A stretch of 63,961 nucleotides of DNA, the filler included. It is 7 parts of 7 records of this genome, joined end to end, with 100 filler letters (N's around TTAATTAATTAA, not from the genome) between each part and the next. Parts side by side here need not be neighbours in the genome. Positions count along the whole stretch, not along the records: positions 1 to 21,138 come from SRR31147125_9405; positions 21,239 to 27,425 come from SRR31147125_9420; 5 more parts are not named here. One strand, written 5' to 3'. The position numbers were made by a program, and so were the translations under genes. Numbering within the stretch: position 1 is the stretch's first letter; the number at the start of each line of letters is the position of its first letter. Shown here one piece after another: positions 11,781 to 22,064 of this stretch. The notes beneath the pieces were generated by a model that saw only the letters and a program-made list of their open reading frames with translations, was not told the DNA's origin and ran no database searches.

Positions 11781-13313
11781 TTATTTTATGAGCAGCATTC
11801 GTTTGGTAAATGAGACATGGCCGGCATCCAATTGGTAAAAGTAAACACCGCTTGGTAAATTGGCTGCATTGTATTGTATCTGATACAGTCCGGCACTCTG
11901 TTTTTTATTAACCAAAGAAGCAACTTGTTGACCAAGTGTATTAAACACAGTCAGCTTGACCAACGAGTTTTGTGGAATATAATATTCAATCGTTGTTGTG
12001 GGATTGAAAGGATTGGGGTAATTCTGCGCAAGATGCATTGTTACAGGAACACTACCCGGTTTTTCAACAACAGCTGTCGGTGTGTCAAGGGTGCCAAAAT
12101 AATCCATAACCTCAGTTGGGCCACCAATCATAATATTGACCCAGTGATCCGTTCCCTGCATTTCATTATCCAATGGATGGTAACCACCATTAAGGGTATC
12201 GGCGCCGGCATAATAAGCACAATATTTGTATAAGCCCGGCCCACCATCATTTCCGACAGGATAGGTTACTGCCAGGGACCAGATATTATCACCAGCCACC
12301 TTGTCACCATTTACACCACTGTCATTCAGTACCTTTAAAGTGGCAGTTGTTGAATCTGTAGCGAGCGTATCAGATGGTAACCAGTCACCACCCCAGCTAC
12401 CCAGTTCGGAATTCTGGCCTTTTAGTCCAACAAACACGATCTCTGCGGGATCAATGGCTTCATCCGTATAAAAATTTGTAGCTTCGGACATATCGACCTG
12501 GAAGAGCAAGGTTACTTCTTCTGTCAATGGTGGTTGTACAGGAAAAACATTAGGGGTAAATACCGGGAGATCCACAACAGCACCATCTTCCTGAATGGTG
12601 TACCAATAATCCGGTGTGATTTCCCAACCCCAGTTAAAAAAGTTACCTTCGGGACTGGCCTTACATTTCCATTTTGTTTCATCACCTTCAACGCCTTTGA
12701 TAACCATGGTTGCGTGAAAAACACCAGGACTAAAAGGATCTTCAACAAATGTACGATCACTACCTTCTTCCACAACAGTGGCACCAACCCAATCAAGACC
12801 CATTAACTCCAGGATATCCACATCCGGATCAAAAGAACCTTCACCAGTCCCATAAATTTGACTCAGATCAGCCGTAAAATTCAAGGTATTAATGACCTGA
12901 ATAGTGACAACATCATCCCGATCAAATAATTCCACAGGAAGGACCATATCTTCGGCTGCCAGCGTAAAACTACGATTCGGATCTCCCTCCCAAATTGCAT
13001 CATTGATCTGAAATTTGTACTCAAAAAGTGTTCCAACCAATGCGACAGGAAATGAGAGTGTTTTTGTAAAAATCGTATCTCCATCAGCATCTGCTAACCA
13101 GACAGCACCTTCTGAAGGGAACCAGTCACCGTCATAACCAATCTCGTCCATAAAACTACCACGCATACTGACACCATCTGTTCCGGGTATCAGGAGCCCT
13201 TCTGCCGCTTTTACGCGCAGATCAACCTGAAAAGTCACTTTGACACTGTCCTGAGCAAAACTAAGTCCAGCGTAGGTCAGCAGGAATAATAACAGTACCA
13301 ATACCTTTTTCAT
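11781..13313 (-). CDS. Secreted multi-domain carbohydrate-binding-like protein (CBM20/SusE-F-like repeats) with T9SS-like CTD
   Basis: Signal peptide; three beta-sandwich starts VTFQVDL / LNFTADLS / LLFQVDMS ending FEYKF / KWKC / LYKY; LNDSGVNGDKVAGDNIWS motif; CTD NYPNPFNPTT...LPSGVYFYQL...KRMLLIK; GGAGG SD. Confidence 0.65.
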   Translation of the reverse strand: MKKVLVLLLFLLTYAGLSFAQDSVKVTFQVDLRVKAAEGLLIPGTDGVSMRGSFMDEIGYDGDWFPSEGAVWLADADGDTIFTKTLSFPVALVGTLFEYKFQINDAIWEGDPNRSFTLAAEDMVLPVELFDRDDVVTIQVINTLNFTADLSQIYGTGEGSFDPDVDILELMGLDWVGATVVEEGSDRTFVEDPFSPGVFHATMVIKGVEGDETKWKCKASPEGNFFNWGWEITPDYWYTIQEDGAVVDLPVFTPNVFPVQPPLTEEVTLLFQVDMSEATNFYTDEAIDPAEIVFVGLKGQNSELGSWGGDWLPSDTLATDSTTATLKVLNDSGVNGDKVAGDNIWSLAVTYPVGNDGGPGLYKYCAYYAGADTLNGGYHPLDNEMQGTDHWVNIMIGGPTEVMDYFGTLDTPTAVVEKPGSVPVTMHLAQNYPNPFNPTTTIEYYIPQNSLVKLTVFNTLGQQVASLVNKKQSAGLYQIQYNAANLPSGVYFYQLDAGHVSFTKRMLLIK

Positions 13314-13403
13314 AACACACCTCCATGTTAATTTAATAGTTTAGTAGAGCTTTACCAGTTATTATATTTACTATATTATAATTTCCATGACTATTGATCC
13401 TGC

Positions 13404-15023
13404 CTAAAAATAGATTCCCCACAATGTTATCAGTGCCACGATGAGAAGAAGAGAGAGCAACACATTCACACCAGGCATTACAAACGCAGGAGCTGTTTTT
13501 TTCTTCAAGTCACTGAAACTATGTTCTAAAGTAAAGTACGTTCTGTCTTTATTCTCCTTTTCAGATACTTTTGAAAAAAAACTCACAAAAACGAGAATGA
13601 TGGCAGATAAAACAAAAACAATAAATACAAAATGGAGAATATTCATCTGTATGAACCACATCAAACCATGAACGTGGATGAAGAAATAATCAGATAATAT
13701 TTCCAGTAAAAGACGTAATCCACCGGCACACACACCAAAAAACAGAGTGCTGATGGCAGCTTTACTGTTTGATCGTTGCCAAAAGAGACCAAAAACAAAC
13801 ACGGCTGCTATGGATGGGCAAAAATAAACCGGTATTCGTAGCAAATAAAAAAACATGTCCGAATTGATACTGCGGATCAGAGGAACCCACAAGATGGCCA
13901 CTAAAACGAGCACAGCCGTGGCCAAACGACCTATTAAAACCACTTCATTTTCCCTCGCCTGTGGTTTAAAATGTTTGTAATAATCCATAGTGAACAGAGC
14001 GGAACAACTATTAAAACAGCTGGCCAAAGAAGACATGATCGCTGCCAATAACCCGGAAATGACAAAGCCCCGTAATCCGTACGGTACTAAATGACTGGTA
14101 ACCAGTGTGGGAAAAGCATCATTGGCAGAAATTTCAGGAAACAACACACACGCCACCAAACCGGGTACGATGAGAATAAAAACAGAGACTATTTTTAAAA
14201 ATCCCGACAACACACTGCCTTTGCGAGCATGATTTATATTTTTTGAAGCTAATACGCGCTGGATAACAAACTGGTCGGTGCACCAGTACCAAATAGCGAT
14301 TATGGGAGCGCCTAATAGAATGCCTGTCCACGGAAAATTCGGGTCGTGAACAGATTTAAACATCTGAAAAAAATCAGCAGGCAATTGAGCCTGTAAACCA
14401 CTCATGCCGCCAACCTCTATCAACCCGGAAAAGGTTAGAATAAAAGCCCCTGTTAAAAGTACAATTGTTTGAGCCAGTCCTGTATAAATAACAGCGTAGA
14501 GTCCACCGGCAATTGTGTACAGCCCTGTAAAAATAACCAGAATAACAGAGGATATAACAATATCCCAGCCTAAAATTTTGTTTAATAAAAAGCCACCTGC
14601 AAAGAGCGTCACAGAAATTTTAGTAAAGATATAAACAATGAGGGATACGGTGGTCAGGAATACACGTGAAGAATAATTATAGCGTTTTTCCAGTAATTCA
14701 GGTACAGTGAAAACACCGGACTTTAAGTAAAGAGGAACAAAAACCCAACCCAGTAAAAGAACGCCAAGTACAGCCAGCCACTCAAAATGCCCGACAGCCA
14801 AACCAATGCTTGCCCCTGCCGCAGAATAAACCAAAATACTTTCACTGGAGATATTTGAAGAGAAAAGAGACGCTCCAACTGCCAGCCAGCCGACATTTCT
14901 TCCTGCGAGAAAATAATCTGTGCTGGTCTTGCTATGGCGTGAAAAATAAGCGCCTATGACAAGCACACAGAAAAAATAAGCAAATATAACTATTCCATCA
15001 ACTGTTGAGATTGTGTGAGACAT
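13404..15023 (-). CDS. Sodium:solute symporter (SGLT-like sugar transporter)
   Basis: DYFLAGR, GASLFSSNISSE, WYWCTDQFVIQRVLA, AAIMSSLASCFNS; many TM helices. ATG at 15023 preferred over TTG at 15038. Confidence 0.9.
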   Translation of the reverse strand: MSHTISTVDGIVIFAYFFCVLVIGAYFSRHSKTSTDYFLAGRNVGWLAVGASLFSSNISSESILVYSAAGASIGLAVGHFEWLAVLGVLLLGWVFVPLYLKSGVFTVPELLEKRYNYSSRVFLTTVSLIVYIFTKISVTLFAGGFLLNKILGWDIVISSVILVIFTGLYTIAGGLYAVIYTGLAQTIVLLTGAFILTFSGLIEVGGMSGLQAQLPADFFQMFKSVHDPNFPWTGILLGAPIIAIWYWCTDQFVIQRVLASKNINHARKGSVLSGFLKIVSVFILIVPGLVACVLFPEISANDAFPTLVTSHLVPYGLRGFVISGLLAAIMSSLASCFNSCSALFTMDYYKHFKPQARENEVVLIGRLATAVLVLVAILWVPLIRSINSDMFFYLLRIPVYFCPSIAAVFVFGLFWQRSNSKAAISTLFFGVCAGGLRLLLEILSDYFFIHVHGLMWFIQMNILHFVFIVFVLSAIILVFVSFFSKVSEKENKDRTYFTLEHSFSDLKKKTAPAFVMPGVNVLLSLLLIVALITLWGIYF

Positions 15024-15081
15024 CACTCTTCGATCCAACTATTATTTTACATATATTGTCAATTCTCGATTAATACTATTG

Positions 15082-15096
15082 ACAAAAGGTGTGCCA
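15082..15096 (-). promoter_or_regulatory. Probable sigma-54 (-24/-12) promoter of the glycan locus
   Basis: Minus strand reads TGGCAC-ACCTT-TTGT (consensus TGGCAC-N5-TTGC), about 60 nt upstream of the symporter start and next to a sigma-54 activator gene. Confidence 0.65.
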
Positions 15097-15222
15097 GGGT
15101 GTGAGGATTCATCATCAAAAAGGATTATGAAGTAAATTAACTATAAATTACAACAACTTACAACACCATAAAATATATCACTTCTCTTTATAACTATTTT
15201 TTTTAAAGATCGAATAACCAAT

Positions 15223-15264
15223 AAATTATAAATTGGATAAGAAAAATTATCAAATTGATAATTT
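15223..15264. promoter_or_regulatory. Tandem palindromic enhancer (UAS) candidate for the sigma-54 activator
   Basis: Perfect inverted repeat AAATTATCAA-A-TTGATAATTT (15244-15264), preceded at 21-bp spacing by a degenerate copy AAATTATAAATTGGATAA (15223-15240); 130-170 bp upstream of the -24 element. Confidence 0.55.
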
Positions 15265-15409
15265 ATTCAAATCACTAAATCATTGCACAAACAATTAAAA
15301 CCTCCACATCAAAGATATGTTTGTGCTTTGGGATATGCTGCAACACTTTTCATATTAAAGTAAATATTTTTAATTATCCGGAACCTCAGTCATAGGAGTG
15401 AATTAACAT

Positions 15410-16857
15410 TTACTTTAATCCCAGTTCCTTACACAGTCGATGATAATTCGATGGAGCCATACCAAGCTTTTCTGCTGTCTCTGCATCGGTTCGACAGCTT
15501 TTACGTACATACTGGATATAACTTTTTTGAATTTGAACTCCATGTCACGTAATGGAAGGATCTGATCATCATCTAAAAAGTTTGAATCAAATCCTGTCGG
15601 TCGACGTCTCTTGTCGACCGCAATACAATTTTTTACAATGTCTTCGCTTATGACGTCTGAACTTAATATGACCATACGGTGCACAACATTTTTGAGTTGG
15701 CGAATATTACCCGGCCAGCTATACCGATTTAACAAATCAACCGCCTCTTTAGGCAAACGTGGTGGTATTTTACCCATATCATTGCAATAAAATGTGATAA
15801 AATAATCCAATAGCCGTTGTATATCTCCATGGCGCTCACGCAGTGGTGGAACTTTAATCTGCAGAATATTCAACCGGTAAAAAAGATCTTCACGAAATTC
15901 TTTTTTATCCAGCAACTCTTCAATATCTTTATTAGTCGCAGCAATCACTCGCACATCAACGTGGTGTTTTTGTTTTCGACCTATCTTATCAATCTCGCCT
16001 TCCTGCAGGACACGGAGTAATTTAGCCTGTGCCGACATGGTGAGCTCTGTCACCTCATCTAAAAACAGGCTGCCGCCATCCGCCTGTTCAAAAAATCCGG
16101 CTTTACTTTCTTTAGCACCTGTAAATGATCCTTTTTCAAAACCAAACAACTCGCTTTCTATCAATTCTTTGGGAATAGCCGCGCAATTTACAGTAATGAA
16201 ATTTTCAAATTTACGGTTGCTATAGTAGTGAAGCATTGAGGCAACCCGTTCTTTACCTGTTCCGGATTCACCCAAAATCAATACATTGGCATTAGGTTCA
16301 GCGTACTTTTCAATCAGCTTTTTCAATTCCAGCATGATTTCTGACTCACCTATCATAGGTGATTTTGATATCAGGGTATGGATATTCCTGTCAAGTTGCT
16401 TCTGTGACAGACTATGTTCCAGTTCAAGTTGTCTTTTTTCATAGGCATTCATAATACTCAGGACAAAATCAGTTGGCTGGTAGATATACTCTTCAATATC
16501 GCCTGGATATTTTGTACCGAACCAGTAAGCACCACTTTCCATAAGTTGGTTTGCGAAAAACAAATTCGTCTGATTGATGGTTCTTTTGGTTATGATAATA
16601 ATCTGTAAATTTTTGTCTATCTGCTTTATCTTTTGAATTAATGCTTCCCCATAAAGTCCACCTGATATCTGATAATCCATAATGACGATATCATAAACTC
16701 CAGCATTCTTTTCAATACATTCAAGGGCATCTTTTCCGCTTGAAACAACGTCTTTAATCTGAATTTTTTCGCTATACGGTTTTAATGTGTTTTCAATTCG
16801 CAGAACGTCAAATTCTTCATCTTCAATGACCAATATTCGAATAATGTCCGTACTCAT
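15410..16857 (-). CDS. NtrC-type sigma-54-dependent response regulator (REC-AAA+-HTH); C-terminal frameshift near 15525
   Basis: ILVIEDEEFD receiver, GESGTGKE, ELFGFEKGSFTGA, LFLDEV, FREDLFYRLN, WPGNIRQL. Adding one A gives the HTH tail KKSYIQYVRKSCRTDAETAEKLGMAPSNYHRLCKELGLK* ending at 15410. Confidence 0.9.
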
Positions 16858-16872
16858 ATTTCTTACACCTTT

Positions 16873-18342
16873 TTAATCATGAGGGATGGTGATAAAAAAT
16901 CGAGCACCGCCAGCAGTGCCGTTTTCCACATCCAATTGCCATCCGCAGCGTTTTGTACAAATCTCGTAAGCCAGGTAACATCCATATCCTGAATTTTCAG
17001 ATTGACTTTTTGTCGTTGTATGTTCCAAAAATATTTTTTTTATTCCTTTGTCATTCGTCCTTAACAGCTCTTCACTGATACCCTTGCCATTATCTTCTAT
17101 TACAACAGATGATATATTATTTTCAAAATCATAATGAGTTGTAATACAGATTGACACATTGCCAACCGGATTATGATCGATACAATTCTGAATCAAAGGT
17201 TCAATAATTTCCCAGATGACATATTCATTGATACCCACAACCGGCAATTTAGAATCCAACTGCAATTGGAACTGAGATTCTTCTTCTTGTTTAAAGACCC
17301 GGCAAAAAATATGATCCACGATAAATTGAATGACCTTGTTAATGTCGGTACGAAAAAGAGGATTTCTTATTACGTTAACAGGAGGATCATATGATTTCAT
17401 ATCATAAATAACCCGTGAAACAAAATTGGAATATTTTAAAAGCTTATTTATCACTTTTTCCTGATCCCTACCGGCTAATGTCCGCAGATCTGTTTTAATA
17501 AATCCCATAATTTTTTCAGCTTTGTGATGTGCATGATAAATCCTCTGGGTAAACATGGCCTCCTTTTGATGTTCGATTTCCCGACGAATCTTGATCTGAC
17601 GTTCAGCAAAAAGCAGTTGCTGAGTCTGATCACGCTCCTTGAGCATATAGGAACTCACATAAAAGGACACTAAAAGGCCCAAAAGTATTAAAGCAGAAAA
17701 AATAGCGCCTGTTTCATCATATGCCGAACTGATCTCATTGGCAATATCTGAAAAATCCGGAGAAATTTTCATATACAAGGCGCCGATTAATTCGCCTGTA
17801 GGTACAAACGGAACGAAAACATGAAAAGCATGTGAATCATCTAGAAAACTTTTTATTTGCTCGTCCTCTACAACGGCTTGCCGGTATTTGGAAAAATAAT
17901 TTATCGCGGTAACATGCTGACCAACCTTATTATCAGGTAAAGATCCCTGGTCAATAAAATAGGTGTAAAGATCCTCTCCCTCATCAATGGCTAAAATGCC
18001 ATCATCTGTTAAAATGAGAACACATATCTCACTGACGTGCTGCTGCAAGGTTTGTTGACTGAGTATAATATTAAAATCACGTATGGTATTCTTGCGGCTG
18101 GTTTCGGTTTGTTTTACACTTAATTCATGTTCCAGCAAAAATTCAAGAGACGTTGCTGTCAAATCAGACAGATTTTCTGCCGAATCCTTGCGGTAAATTT
18201 CCATTGTTTTGTTAAGCAGCTTACTCGTGGACGTATTATTGATATAGGATAATAACGTCTGAAAAAGAGCCAGAACGGCAAATAGAATAATCAGATGCCT
18301 TAATTCAAAGTGATAATTTTTGATTCTCTTAAATATATTCAT
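16873..18342 (-). CDS. Membrane sensor histidine kinase with atypical H-box
   Basis: Two TM segments flank a periplasmic domain; IYHAHHKAEK, N-box EPLIQNCIDH, G1 IEDNGKGI, G2 SGYGCYLA. Start moved to ATG 18342 (MNIFKRIK). Confidence 0.85.
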   Translation of the reverse strand: MNIFKRIKNYHFELRHLIILFAVLALFQTLLSYINNTSTSKLLNKTMEIYRKDSAENLSDLTATSLEFLLEHELSVKQTETSRKNTIRDFNIILSQQTLQQHVSEICVLILTDDGILAIDEGEDLYTYFIDQGSLPDNKVGQHVTAINYFSKYRQAVVEDEQIKSFLDDSHAFHVFVPFVPTGELIGALYMKISPDFSDIANEISSAYDETGAIFSALILLGLLVSFYVSSYMLKERDQTQQLLFAERQIKIRREIEHQKEAMFTQRIYHAHHKAEKIMGFIKTDLRTLAGRDQEKVINKLLKYSNFVSRVIYDMKSYDPPVNVIRNPLFRTDINKVIQFIVDHIFCRVFKQEEESQFQLQLDSKLPVVGINEYVIWEIIEPLIQNCIDHNPVGNVSICITTHYDFENNISSVVIEDNGKGISEELLRTNDKGIKKIFLEHTTTKSQSENSGYGCYLAYEICTKRCGWQLDVENGTAGGARFFITIPHD

Positions 18343-18358
18343 ATAATTGATACCTGGA

Positions 18359-19693
18359 TCAATTTGAGGATAATCTTTTGGACTGTATAGCCATTGTAGC
18401 CTTTTGCAGGGCTTCATCCACGGACATTTCTTTTAGCAAAGCTTTATGGAGGAAACCAGCCAGAATAGCAGAAATTTTAGTATAGTTTGAATCCATTGGA
18501 CGATAAATACCATGCGATAACAGGTCTTTAAAATAGGGTATATTGGGATGAGCACTTGTAAATTCTTCATCCTGATAAAGGTGTTCGAGAACAGGTAAAT
18601 AGCCGGCTGTCTCATAGAGAATTCTCTGTGCCTCTTCAGAAACAAAGTATTTTAAAAATTCGACGGCTTCTTGTTTCTTTTTTGAATGCGTGGAAATCAT
18701 GAGATTCCAGCCACCAAAAGCAGAAACAGCTTTTTGTTCACTAAAATGCGGCAATGCAGCAATATCCAGGGAGGCTAATACCTGTTCTCCGTTTGGGAAC
18801 GACAAAATTTCCTTTAACAAACCGGGCCATCCCCTGAAAAAAGGGACATTGTTATTTATGGCATAAGCATAACTGGCACTTTCATTAAACGTGGTCACTT
18901 CTGAAGGACATAGTTTGTATTTATAAAGTAAATCCACTAACAATTGACAACTTTTTCGAATTTCAGGCTGGTTGAGATCCAGTTTACCGTTTTTGAATAA
19001 CGTGTTTCCGCTGCCGGCAAAATTCTCGAGCATGTGTAATACCAATCCTTCATAATTATCGCCCTGAAAAACATAAAATGGTGTCAGATTTCTGTTATTT
19101 TCGGCAAGTTGAATAAATTCATCCCAGGTAATCGATTCTTTCAGTTTTTTGTGCAATCGAGTTGCACCAGGTAATTTATCCACAAAATCACGGCGATAAT
19201 AAAGTAAACCAACATCAATATGTAAGGGTAAACTCACCAGAACCCTGCCGTCATAGCATGGTTTTAATGCCAAAGAAAGGATTTTGTCCAGTTCTCTTCT
19301 GGAAAAATAACGTGACAATGGTTCAGCCCATTTCGCAAAACGTGGAATCCAAATATGATCCACTGCAAACACATCTATGCGGCTGTTCTGATTTCGCAAG
19401 GTTCGGGCTAGCAATTCTTTTCGTTCGTTGGTATTAAATTTGATAAAAGGCAGGTTTACAGGAACAATTCGAATCCGTCCTGCGTGTTTTTCATTAAAAA
19501 GCTGGATGATTTTTTGATGAGCTGGTGTAATGTTATCGGCAAAATAGATATTTTTTTCGTTCTCGGCGGCTTTATGAAATCGTATGGGTAATAAATAAAA
19601 CACCAGGGATAAAAAGATAGCCAGCATAAATATGATTAAAACAAAATCAAAACTCAGTTTAAAGGGTTGCCTTTTTTCTCTTTTCGTATTCAT
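18359..19693 (-). CDS. Membrane-anchored extracellular sugar-binding protein (SBP family 1)
   Basis: DVFAVDHIWIPRFA, SLPLHIDVGLLYYRRD, ITWDEF, YEGL, FGGWNLMIS. N-terminal TM anchor; no ABC permease genes adjacent. Confidence 0.85.
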   Translation of the reverse strand: MNTKREKRQPFKLSFDFVLIIFMLAIFLSLVFYLLPIRFHKAAENEKNIYFADNITPAHQKIIQLFNEKHAGRIRIVPVNLPFIKFNTNERKELLARTLRNQNSRIDVFAVDHIWIPRFAKWAEPLSRYFSRRELDKILSLALKPCYDGRVLVSLPLHIDVGLLYYRRDFVDKLPGATRLHKKLKESITWDEFIQLAENNRNLTPFYVFQGDNYEGLVLHMLENFAGSGNTLFKNGKLDLNQPEIRKSCQLLVDLLYKYKLCPSEVTTFNESASYAYAINNNVPFFRGWPGLLKEILSFPNGEQVLASLDIAALPHFSEQKAVSAFGGWNLMISTHSKKKQEAVEFLKYFVSEEAQRILYETAGYLPVLEHLYQDEEFTSAHPNIPYFKDLLSHGIYRPMDSNYTKISAILAGFLHKALLKEMSVDEALQKATMAIQSKRLSSN

Positions 19694-20095
19694 AGGACTG
19701 TTCTCGGGAAAACCATAGTCAATCAAACTGTTTGATAAATCTAAAAATGTAAAAGAAAGTGAAAAAGGTTCAATCCATATTCAATTTTTATTGGCTCACG
19801 AATGTAGAATGTGGATAAGGGAAATTTACAATATAGGATAATAAAAAAATCCGGTTTAATGGAATCGATAAAGACACTGAAATTATATATTGTCAGAATA
19901 AACAACAGTGTACCATAATTCCCCAGGATAGTAACTCTCATTTGCGCGCGACCATCCTGTTATACCTATTTCTTAATCCTGTACTGGAAATTAATAAACA
20001 AGAATTGAAAAATCAATGGCTAATATGTTGGATAAATAATATCAAAAGTGATTTACCATTTATCATTATGTGGCAGGAATAATGGTTTCATCGGA

Positions 20096-21073
20096 TCAAT
20101 TCTGGCCCAGATCTTTTTCAATAGCTGACATGATAATATTTCCATGTAACCGGCCATTTTCAATAAAAATCTTGTTTGCTTCTGTTCCGACTGTCAGAGC
20201 ACCGGAAATATAAAGACCTTTCACGTTTGTTTCAAAGGTGTCCTCATGTTGTTGCGGCACCATTGTTTTTTCATCAATGTTTATTCCGGCATGACGCATT
20301 AAAGAGCTATCCGGATGGTAGCCGGTTAATAAAAGAACATTGTCATTTTTTATTTCAAACTCTTTTTCATCAGTGCGAATAAAAACAGATTCCCCGGTTA
20401 TCCGGGTGACATGACTATTAAAATATCCCGTTATCTCACCATTTTTAATTCGATTCGTAATATCCGGTCTCACCCAATATTTCATTTTTTCATCAAAATC
20501 GCTTTTTCTGTGAACCAGAGTGACCTCTCCGCCGCTACGGTATATTTCCAGGGCTGCTTCAGCCGCTGAATTTCGCCCACCGACAATGGCCACTTTTTTG
20601 CCATAATAATAATGACTTTCGCTGTAATAATGACTTGTCTTGGGTAACTCCTCCCCCGGGATGTTTAGCAGGTTGGGATTATCATAATATCCGGTAGCCA
20701 GAACAACGTATTTTGCTTTTAGAATCTCTTTGGAACTCAATTCAACGTCAAAGGTCCCGTTTCTTTTTGTAATTTTTTCAACACGAGATTGATAACGAAC
20801 ATTCAAATCAAAATACTGAGCAACCCGTCGATAATATTGCAGCGCTTCCGCACGAGTGGGCTTTTGCCCCTGGCAGATGAATGGCAAACCACCCAGTTCT
20901 ATTTCAGGAGCTGTTGAAAAGAACGTCATACTGGCTGGGAAATGATAAACAGAATTGACCAACACGCCCTTTTCCAGGACAAGGTAATCCATCTTTTTTT
21001 GAGCGGCCGAAATGGCTACACTCATACCAATTGGACCGGCCCCCACAATAATAATATCTGTATCTATATTCAC
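20096..21073 (-). CDS. ypdA: YpdA-family putative bacillithiol disulfide reductase
   Basis: IVGAGPIG, EKGVLVNS..HFP..MTFFST, KPTRAEALQYYR, ATGYYDNPN, GGRNSA.EAALE, YWVRPDI.NRI, IFIENGRLHG. Confidence 0.88.
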   Translation of the reverse strand: MNIDTDIIIVGAGPIGMSVAISAAQKKMDYLVLEKGVLVNSVYHFPASMTFFSTAPEIELGGLPFICQGQKPTRAEALQYYRRVAQYFDLNVRYQSRVEKITKRNGTFDVELSSKEILKAKYVVLATGYYDNPNLLNIPGEELPKTSHYYSESHYYYGKKVAIVGGRNSAAEAALEIYRSGGEVTLVHRKSDFDEKMKYWVRPDITNRIKNGEITGYFNSHVTRITGESVFIRTDEKEFEIKNDNVLLLTGYHPDSSLMRHAGINIDEKTMVPQQHEDTFETNVKGLYISGALTVGTEANKIFIENGRLHGNIIMSAIEKDLGQN

Positions 21074-21138
21074 CAGGAGATTTTCTCCATTTACTTAAAT
21101 GTCAAATTAATTTTTGACAGCGTCCAATTAACTGTTGC

Positions 21139-21238
21139 NNNNNNNNNNNNNNNNNNNNNNNNNNNNNNNNNNNNNNNNNNNNTTAATTAATTAANNNNNN
21201 NNNNNNNNNNNNNNNNNNNNNNNNNNNNNNNNNNNNNN
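21139..21238. other. Artificial contig linker (also at 27426-27525, 36478-36577, 43322-43421, 52331-52430, 58029-58128)
   Basis: 44 N + TTAATTAATTAA (stops in all six frames) + 44 N, identical six times. Confidence 0.99.
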
Positions 21239-21239
21239 G

Positions 21240-21911
21240 CACGGCGGCATCACCAATATGATGGACCGGCTCTCCAATCCTGCCAAGATCAAGGCCCATA
21301 TCCTCTCCGAGGAACTGAAGAATATCATGACACCGCTGTTCGAGAAGCACATGGACGACATCATGTCCGGTACGTTCTCGAAAACGATGATGGAAGACTG
21401 GGCAAACGGTGATGCGGATCTGCTTGGGTGGCGCAAGGCGACCGGCGAAACCGCGTTCGAGCAGTCCGAAACGACGGACCAGGAGATCACCGAGCAGGAA
21501 TACTTCGACAACGGTATCCTGATGGCCGCATTCGTCAAAGCCGGAGTAGAACTGGCCTTTGACACGATGGTCGATTCCGGCATCAAGGAAGAGTCCGCCT
21601 ACTACGAGTCGCTGCACGAGGTACCGCTGATTGCCAATCTCATCGCCCGGAAGAGGCTCTACGAGATGAATGTGGTTATCTCCGATACCGCCGAGTACGG
21701 CTGCTACCTCTTCTCCAACGTGGCAGTACCGTTGCTGGCAGATTTCATGAAGTCGATCGACACTGATGTGATCGGTAAAGGGCTGGAGCTCGACGACAAC
21801 GGTGTGGACAACCTCGATCTCATCGATGTGAACGAGGCGATCCGCTTCACCGACGTCGAAGCGATCGGCGCCGAGCTGCGGGCGTTCATGGGAGCGATGA
21901 AGCCGCTGTAA
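21240..21911 (+). CDS. ilvC: Ketol-acid reductoisomerase, long (class II) form, 3' part
   Basis: [65 protein letters not shown]; truncated by the contig start. Confidence 0.95.
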   Translation, partial: HGGITNMMDRLSNPAKIKAHILSEELKNIMTPLFEKHMDDIMSGTFSKTMMEDWANGDADLLGWRKATGETAFEQSETTDQEITEQEYFDNGILMAAFVKAGVELAFDTMVDSGIKEESAYYESLHEVPLIANLIARKRLYEMNVVISDTAEYGCYLFSNVAVPLLADFMKSIDTDVIGKGLELDDNGVDNLDLIDVNEAIRFTDVEAIGAELRAFMGAMKPL

Positions 21912-21943
21912 GCTGGTACGTTATTCATATCCACTGTACCCTG

Positions 21944-21974
21944 AGGCCCTGCGACTGTTCGCGGGGCCTTTTTT
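21944..21974 (+). terminator. Rho-independent terminator after ilvC
   Basis: AGGCCCTGCGA-ctgt-TCGCGGGGCCT followed by TTTTT. Confidence 0.85.
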
Positions 21975-22064
21975 GTGTTGTCCTATTATTAATGCGAAGA
22001 TCCACCGATTCAGACTTGTCTGCTTACTGAGGAGAGCGGTCAACCTGTACAAACGAGAGGGACT

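Noticed and set aside
15244-15264. Fur box
   Set aside because: Half-sites are arranged ATTATCA...TGATAAT, opposite to the Fur TGATAAT-N-ATTATCA pattern; the context favours a bEBP enhancer.
21139-21238. Recurrent TTAATTAATTAA flanked by N runs as a biological repeat
   Set aside because: Fixed 44+12+44 format with stops in all six frames; this is an artificial scaffold linker. ORFs crossing it are artefacts.
21183-21617. Antisense ORFs over ilvC and many other short shadow ORFs in the track (e.g. 61412-62005, 22383-22859, 23149-23553)
   Set aside because: They overlap confidently identified genes on the opposite strand or frame and show no recognisable motifs.
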